In this document: one piece after another, positions 54,250-58,074 of the stretch
Layout of the letters: every line of letters starts with the position of its first letter
Position numbering within the stretch: the first letter of the stretch is position 1
Virus record (IMG/VR): IMGVR_UViG_2974575442_000001
Direction: 5' to 3' (one strand)
DNA from: Streptomyces virus Karimac
Taxonomy: Duplodnaviria; Heunggongvirae; Uroviricota; Caudoviricetes
Length of the DNA: 58,074 nt
The notes under the pieces: generated by a model
Seen by the model: the letters and a program-made list of their open reading frames with translations, nothing else
Database searches by the model: none
Told to the model about the DNA's origin: nothing
Position numbers and translations under genes: made by a program

Positions 54250-54252
54250 GCA

Positions 54253-54555
54253 ATGGCAACTACTAAGGCCAAGTACACACCTTTTGGTGACCGAGTAAAT
54301 CCCGGTGTAGCGATCATCCAAGCTGCGAACGCTCTTGACGTAGCGGCTGCATTTGCGGTAGAGTCTAGAGACTCAGACGCACTGCTCAAGGTAGCTGCCA
54401 TGTGGGTTGATATCAGCGGGCGACTGGTGTACGATGATGACGAGGAAGGCGACGACGTACTAGAAGGCGAACGTCGTCCATTTGGTTTCTCAACAACGAG
54501 CGACATCGGGGAGGAGGAAGATGAGTACGAAAGTGACGTTCAATCTGACGTATAA
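54253..54555 (+). CDS. Hypothetical protein (100 aa)
   Basis: ORF track; operon position. Confidence 0.7.
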   Translation: MATTKAKYTPFGDRVNPGVAIIQAANALDVAAAFAVESRDSDALLKVAAMWVDISGRLVYDDDEEGDDVLEGERRPFGFSTTSDIGEEEDEYESDVQSDV

Positions 54556-54721
54556 GCACAACCTAGGTAACTTCGAGAATGTTGACATTCAGGTCGGTGT
54601 GGAGACAGATTCTCTGCCCGGCGAAGGAGTCAACGAAGCGTTTGAGCGTGTTGCTCAGGTCGTGTATACTCAGCTACACAAGCGTCTAGACGAAACTGTT
54701 GAAGCTCTGGAGGGTAAGTGA
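54521..54721 (+). CDS. Hypothetical protein (66 aa)
   Basis: GAGGAGG SD, ATG 54521. Confidence 0.75.
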   Translation: MSTKVTFNLTYKHNLGNFENVDIQVGVETDSLPGEGVNEAFERVAQVVYTQLHKRLDETVEALEGK

Positions 54722-55065
54722 ATCAGAGGCAGCAGGCACACGCACTCATTTCACTTTACAAGAAGCTGTACAAGGAGCGCTACGGGATTGAATCATCCGT
54801 AAACTCCTATTCAGCTCAGTGGGGTTTCATGACTGCGATGAATGATCTAAAGTACCCGGTGCTGAGAGAAGTCCTTGATTACTACTTCACTTGCGATGCA
54901 AATGGACATAGTATCGACAACTTCTTCCACCGGTACATGGAGCTTAACAAGATGCGCCTTGATCTGATTAAGGACGCAGAAAAGCGCAAGGAAATCATGC
55001 GGGAGACCGCAGAACGAGTTCGAAGGATGGAGGAGCGTGCCAACAACAGCGGAGAAGCTAATTAA
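54718..55065 (+). CDS. Hypothetical protein upstream of the helicase
   Basis: GTGA coupling; operon position. Confidence 0.75.
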   Translation: MNQRQQAHALISLYKKLYKERYGIESSVNSYSAQWGFMTAMNDLKYPVLREVLDYYFTCDANGHSIDNFFHRYMELNKMRLDLIKDAEKRKEIMRETAERVRRMEERANNSGEAN

Positions 55066-56257
55066 TTCAGTCTGCGCAACAAAGCAGATTGCTCCACTAA
55101 TGGCGGACAACGTTGATGATCTATTTGGTCCCTTCCGGGACGTATGGATCTCAATGCGTCAGTATTACATGCAGTATAAGTCCATCCCGGACATCACAGT
55201 TCTGACGGATAAGTTCAAGCAGCTAGAGGCAGTGCAGGCGGAAGCTGAACCTGCCTTCTATCTGGAGGAGCTAAAGTCAGAATTCCTTTACTCTCGCATG
55301 GATGAAATCATGCAGAAGGGTATGGGCGCTCTAGACAAGTACGCACCTGCGCAGGTTCTTGATAAGCTGATGCAGGAGCTAGGCAATCTTGGTCGATTCA
55401 CCAACAACGTTCGCGACCTTGATATCACTGACTATGAGCAGGCCGAGAGGCATCTTCTAACCGTCAAGGAAAAGGCGGCGGTAACGGGTGCAGTCGGTAT
55501 CAAGACGAACGTTAAGGCAATTGATGCAGCCTATCCTACGGGCATGGCTGGTGGTCACTTCATCGTGGCTATCGGTTGGCCTGGACGTGGTAAGACATGG
55601 TTTACTTCATATCTTGCTATTCAGGCGTGGCTACAGGGATACAAGCCTATGATCGTCTCCCTTGAGATGAGCCCTGAGAACATGCGAGACCGAATCTATA
55701 CAATGATGGCTTCCGGTCTGTTCTCAGCAACTGACTTTGCTCGTGGACAAATCAACATCGATAACTTCCGTGAGTGGGGAAAGAAGAAGCTCACCGATAC
55801 TCCAGCATTCACCATCGTCTCCAACGAGGGAATTGGTGATGTAACTCCGAACGTCGTGCAGGGCAAGATTGAGCAGCACAGGCCAGATATTGTGATCTGT
55901 GACTATCACCAGCTCTTTACCGACAATTCTAAGTCAGCCAATCCTACTCAGCGAAACATGATGCTTTCAAAGGAATTCAAGCGTCTAGCCATGACGAACA
56001 ACATTCCTCTGATCGACATCACTGCTGCTACTAACAACGATGGTATCTCAGGTCAGGACAATCCTCCGATGCTGAGCCAGGTTGCGTGGTCCAAGCAGAT
56101 CGAGTATGATGCTGATATGGCCTTCGCGGTTCACCGCGATAACGACAGCGGCCTGATTGAAGTTGTTTCCAGAAAGAACCGTCATGGTTCAGACTTCGGG
56201 TTCTACCTTGAGGCTGATCTTGATCGTGGTATCTGGAAGGAAAGTTACGGCGTGTAA
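55037..56257 (+). CDS. dnaB: DnaB-like replicative helicase
   Basis: Walker A GWPGRGKT, VSLEM, Walker B ICDYHQL, QIEYDADM, KNRHG. Confidence 0.93.
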   Translation: MPTTAEKLINSVCATKQIAPLMADNVDDLFGPFRDVWISMRQYYMQYKSIPDITVLTDKFKQLEAVQAEAEPAFYLEELKSEFLYSRMDEIMQKGMGALDKYAPAQVLDKLMQELGNLGRFTNNVRDLDITDYEQAERHLLTVKEKAAVTGAVGIKTNVKAIDAAYPTGMAGGHFIVAIGWPGRGKTWFTSYLAIQAWLQGYKPMIVSLEMSPENMRDRIYTMMASGLFSATDFARGQINIDNFREWGKKKLTDTPAFTIVSNEGIGDVTPNVVQGKIEQHRPDIVICDYHQLFTDNSKSANPTQRNMMLSKEFKRLAMTNNIPLIDITAATNNDGISGQDNPPMLSQVAWSKQIEYDADMAFAVHRDNDSGLIEVVSRKNRHGSDFGFYLEADLDRGIWKESYGV

Positions 56258-56563
56258 ATGATGCATAGTCATGTCAAAAGGTTTCAGGTGGACGGGATTA
56301 TCAGAGATGATTCCGATTTTCCACGGCTGAGAGCACAATTCGAAGACATGCTGCTGACTGAAATGCGCGATCGTGGATGGGCTCCAATCCTTGATTTGGG
56401 GCCTTACTTTTCAACTGAATACAGAGAAGACGGATCATATAACTTTCTGATCACAGCATATGGGATATTTCTAGGGAGGCGAAAGGCTTGGGAGATCTCA
56501 GGGATATGCAATGGACAGGCAATACCAATGTCTACTCAGAAGAACAAATCGAAGCGGTCTTGA
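56258..56563 (+). CDS. Hypothetical protein (101 aa)
   Basis: Between the helicase and primase genes. Confidence 0.75.
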   Translation: MMHSHVKRFQVDGIIRDDSDFPRLRAQFEDMLLTEMRDRGWAPILDLGPYFSTEYREDGSYNFLITAYGIFLGRRKAWEISGICNGQAIPMSTQKNKSKRS

Positions 56564-57564
56564 ATGACCTTGGTCTTGAGATCGACTCCGAGACGAGTAG
56601 AGACTTCATTTGCTTCTGTCCTTTTCACAACAACACGGAGACTCCAAGCTTTTCAGTTTCAAAGGCGACAGGAGTCTTCCTGTGCTTTAACGCCATGTGT
56701 TCAGAGCGTGGCAATCTTATTGAGCTAGTCAAGAGAAAGTCAGCTTTTCCTCTCAAGGAGTTTGAGGCCATGCGCTTCATTCTCAAGAGGAAGACTGGAG
56801 CGAAGTTGACAGCTCAGCAGAAGATCGATAAGATCAAGAAACAGCGGGTCGATTTCGATTTCATGCCTGCTGCACCATTCGACAGAATGTATGAATCATT
56901 CTGGGACTATCCAGATGCAGTTCGATACATGGTCGAAGAAAGAGGATTTGATGAAGATGTCCTTCGGGAATTCTACATTGGATACTCTGCGAAGAACGAC
57001 ATGATTACAGTTCCGATGCATGACCCGGAGGGCAATTACATCGGCCTCATCGGTCGTGCGCTTGAGTCTAAGCGTTTCAAGAATTCCACAGCTCTGCCGG
57101 TTAGCCGGACAATGTGGAATTTGCACAGAGCAAAAAAGGCCGGTGACACAGTGATCATCTGTGAAGCTAGCTTTGATGCCATGAGAATTCATCAGGCCGG
57201 TTATCCGAACGTTGTAGCCTTGCTAGGTGGAAACCTAAGTAATCTGCACATCGACTTGCTTGAACGGTATTTCTCAGGTATCGTGATCATGACAGACTTT
57301 GATGACAAGTCAAAGTATGTTCAGAAGAATTGCCGAAAGTGCGAAGACCCTAATGCCTGTCAGGGGCACAATCCTGGCCGTGAGCTTGGAAATCTAATTG
57401 CTAGTCGTGTTCGTGGAAAGCGAATTCGATGGGCTGCAACAGACTACAAGCTTGTGTATCCTCATGGAGCTAAGGACGCGGGCGACATGACTGACGATGA
57501 AATTGTTCATTGCATCAAAAACAGCGTGTCCAATTTTGAGTATCAGCAGTGGAGATTGACCTGA
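56506..57564 (+). CDS. dnaG: DNA primase (CHC2 Zn finger and TOPRIM)
   Basis: CPFHNNTETPSF...CFNAMC; ICEASFDAM; MTDFDD; KDAGD. Confidence 0.92.
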   Translation: MQWTGNTNVYSEEQIEAVLNDLGLEIDSETSRDFICFCPFHNNTETPSFSVSKATGVFLCFNAMCSERGNLIELVKRKSAFPLKEFEAMRFILKRKTGAKLTAQQKIDKIKKQRVDFDFMPAAPFDRMYESFWDYPDAVRYMVEERGFDEDVLREFYIGYSAKNDMITVPMHDPEGNYIGLIGRALESKRFKNSTALPVSRTMWNLHRAKKAGDTVIICEASFDAMRIHQAGYPNVVALLGGNLSNLHIDLLERYFSGIVIMTDFDDKSKYVQKNCRKCEDPNACQGHNPGRELGNLIASRVRGKRIRWAATDYKLVYPHGAKDAGDMTDDEIVHCIKNSVSNFEYQQWRLT

Positions 57565-57584
57565 TCAGCCGCTTCTGCTATACT
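57556..57584 (+). promoter_or_regulatory. sigma70-type promoter for the SSB gene
   Basis: TTGACC-N17-TATACT. Confidence 0.75.
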
Positions 57585-57642
57585 CTTTATAGTAGGTTCG
57601 TTAGAAGCCTCAATAAATTAAACTAGGAGCTAACAAAACATA

Positions 57643-58074
57643 ATGTCAGAACTAAAGGGTCTCGATGCAATCCGCGCTTACAAGAAGAAGATGGCCGAAC
57701 AGGCTGCTGAGCGCGAGGAGCGAGCAAAGAATGCGGATCGTCCAAAGCCTAAGTATCTTCGTCTAGGAGTTGACGAGTCTGTAAAGGTTCGTTTCCTACA
57801 GGAGATGGACACGGAAGCTAGGAATTACGATCCCAACAAGGGTGTTGGTGTTGGTGCAGTTGAGCACCAGGGCCTAGACGGAAACTTCAAGTTCCGTGCC
57901 AATTGCACGGTTGAAACTGACAGGGATAACCGCTGCTGGGCTTGCGAGAAGGCTCGTGTGGCAAAGCAGGGAAGCAAGGAGAAGGGTTACAGCCAGCGTC
58001 GTAACTACTACATCAACGTTCTCGTTGACCGTGGTGACGGCAATGAGCCAGAGGTTTACATCCTCAGCCGTGGT
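57643..58074 (+). CDS. Single-stranded DNA-binding protein (gp32-like), truncated by the window end
   Basis: Translated by hand: MSELKGLDAIR...VKVRFLQE...VEH...ANC...RCWACE...NYYINVLV. AGGAG SD; follows the primase gene. Confidence 0.7.
   Translation, partial: MSELKGLDAIRAYKKKMAEQAAEREERAKNADRPKPKYLRLGVDESVKVRFLQEMDTEARNYDPNKGVGVGAVEHQGLDGNFKFRANCTVETDRDNRCWACEKARVAKQGSKEKGYSQRRNYYINVLVDRGDGNEPEVYILSRG

Noticed and set aside
13100-57564. Inteins or introns in thyX, nrdJ, helicase or primase
   Set aside because: Lengths are normal, motifs are contiguous, and no splice-junction motifs were seen.

Overview
This is the left ~58 kb of a large lytic siphophage of Streptomyces. By inference from gene content and order it resembles SEA-PHAGES cluster BE (Stanwilliamsviridae); no database search was run. 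The window has four parts. (1) 1-12.5 kb is a GC-rich, leftward 'early' region, probably the long direct terminal repeat. It is built from about 20 one- or two-gene modules, each with its own sigma70/HrdB-type promoter. Most modules also carry a UUCG hairpin and an 11-bp dyad site RCCG-GGG/CCC-CGGY (18 exact copies, none seen elsewhere in the window). Cargo includes DUF932, a double-RGR Lsr2-like protein, a GP88-like protein, a ParB-like protein, two paralogues with a ribosomal L7/L12 C-terminal-like motif, and one rightward HNH. (2) 12.7-18.5 kb holds leftward accessory genes: thyX, a DUF2637-like membrane protein whose 3' end carries 24 perfect TGTCAC/GTGACA hexamers, Dps, tRNA-Thr(CGT), a membrane-anchored HNH, a secreted lytic transglycosylase, and a hairpin-rich divergence region. 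(3) 18.6-51 kb runs rightward: glycosyltransferase, class II RNR, endolysin, then head, tail and tail-fibre genes. Several appear leaderless and the tape measure gene probably starts at ATA. (4) 51-58 kb holds an HNH, a phosphoesterase, a holin, an HTH protein, DnaB-like helicase, primase and a truncated SSB. No terminase, integrase or CRISPR was seen. The best candidates for something new are the DUF2637 gene with its hexamer array, the early promoter/operator cassette array, the L7/L12-like paralogues, and three ORF-less structured transcription units.
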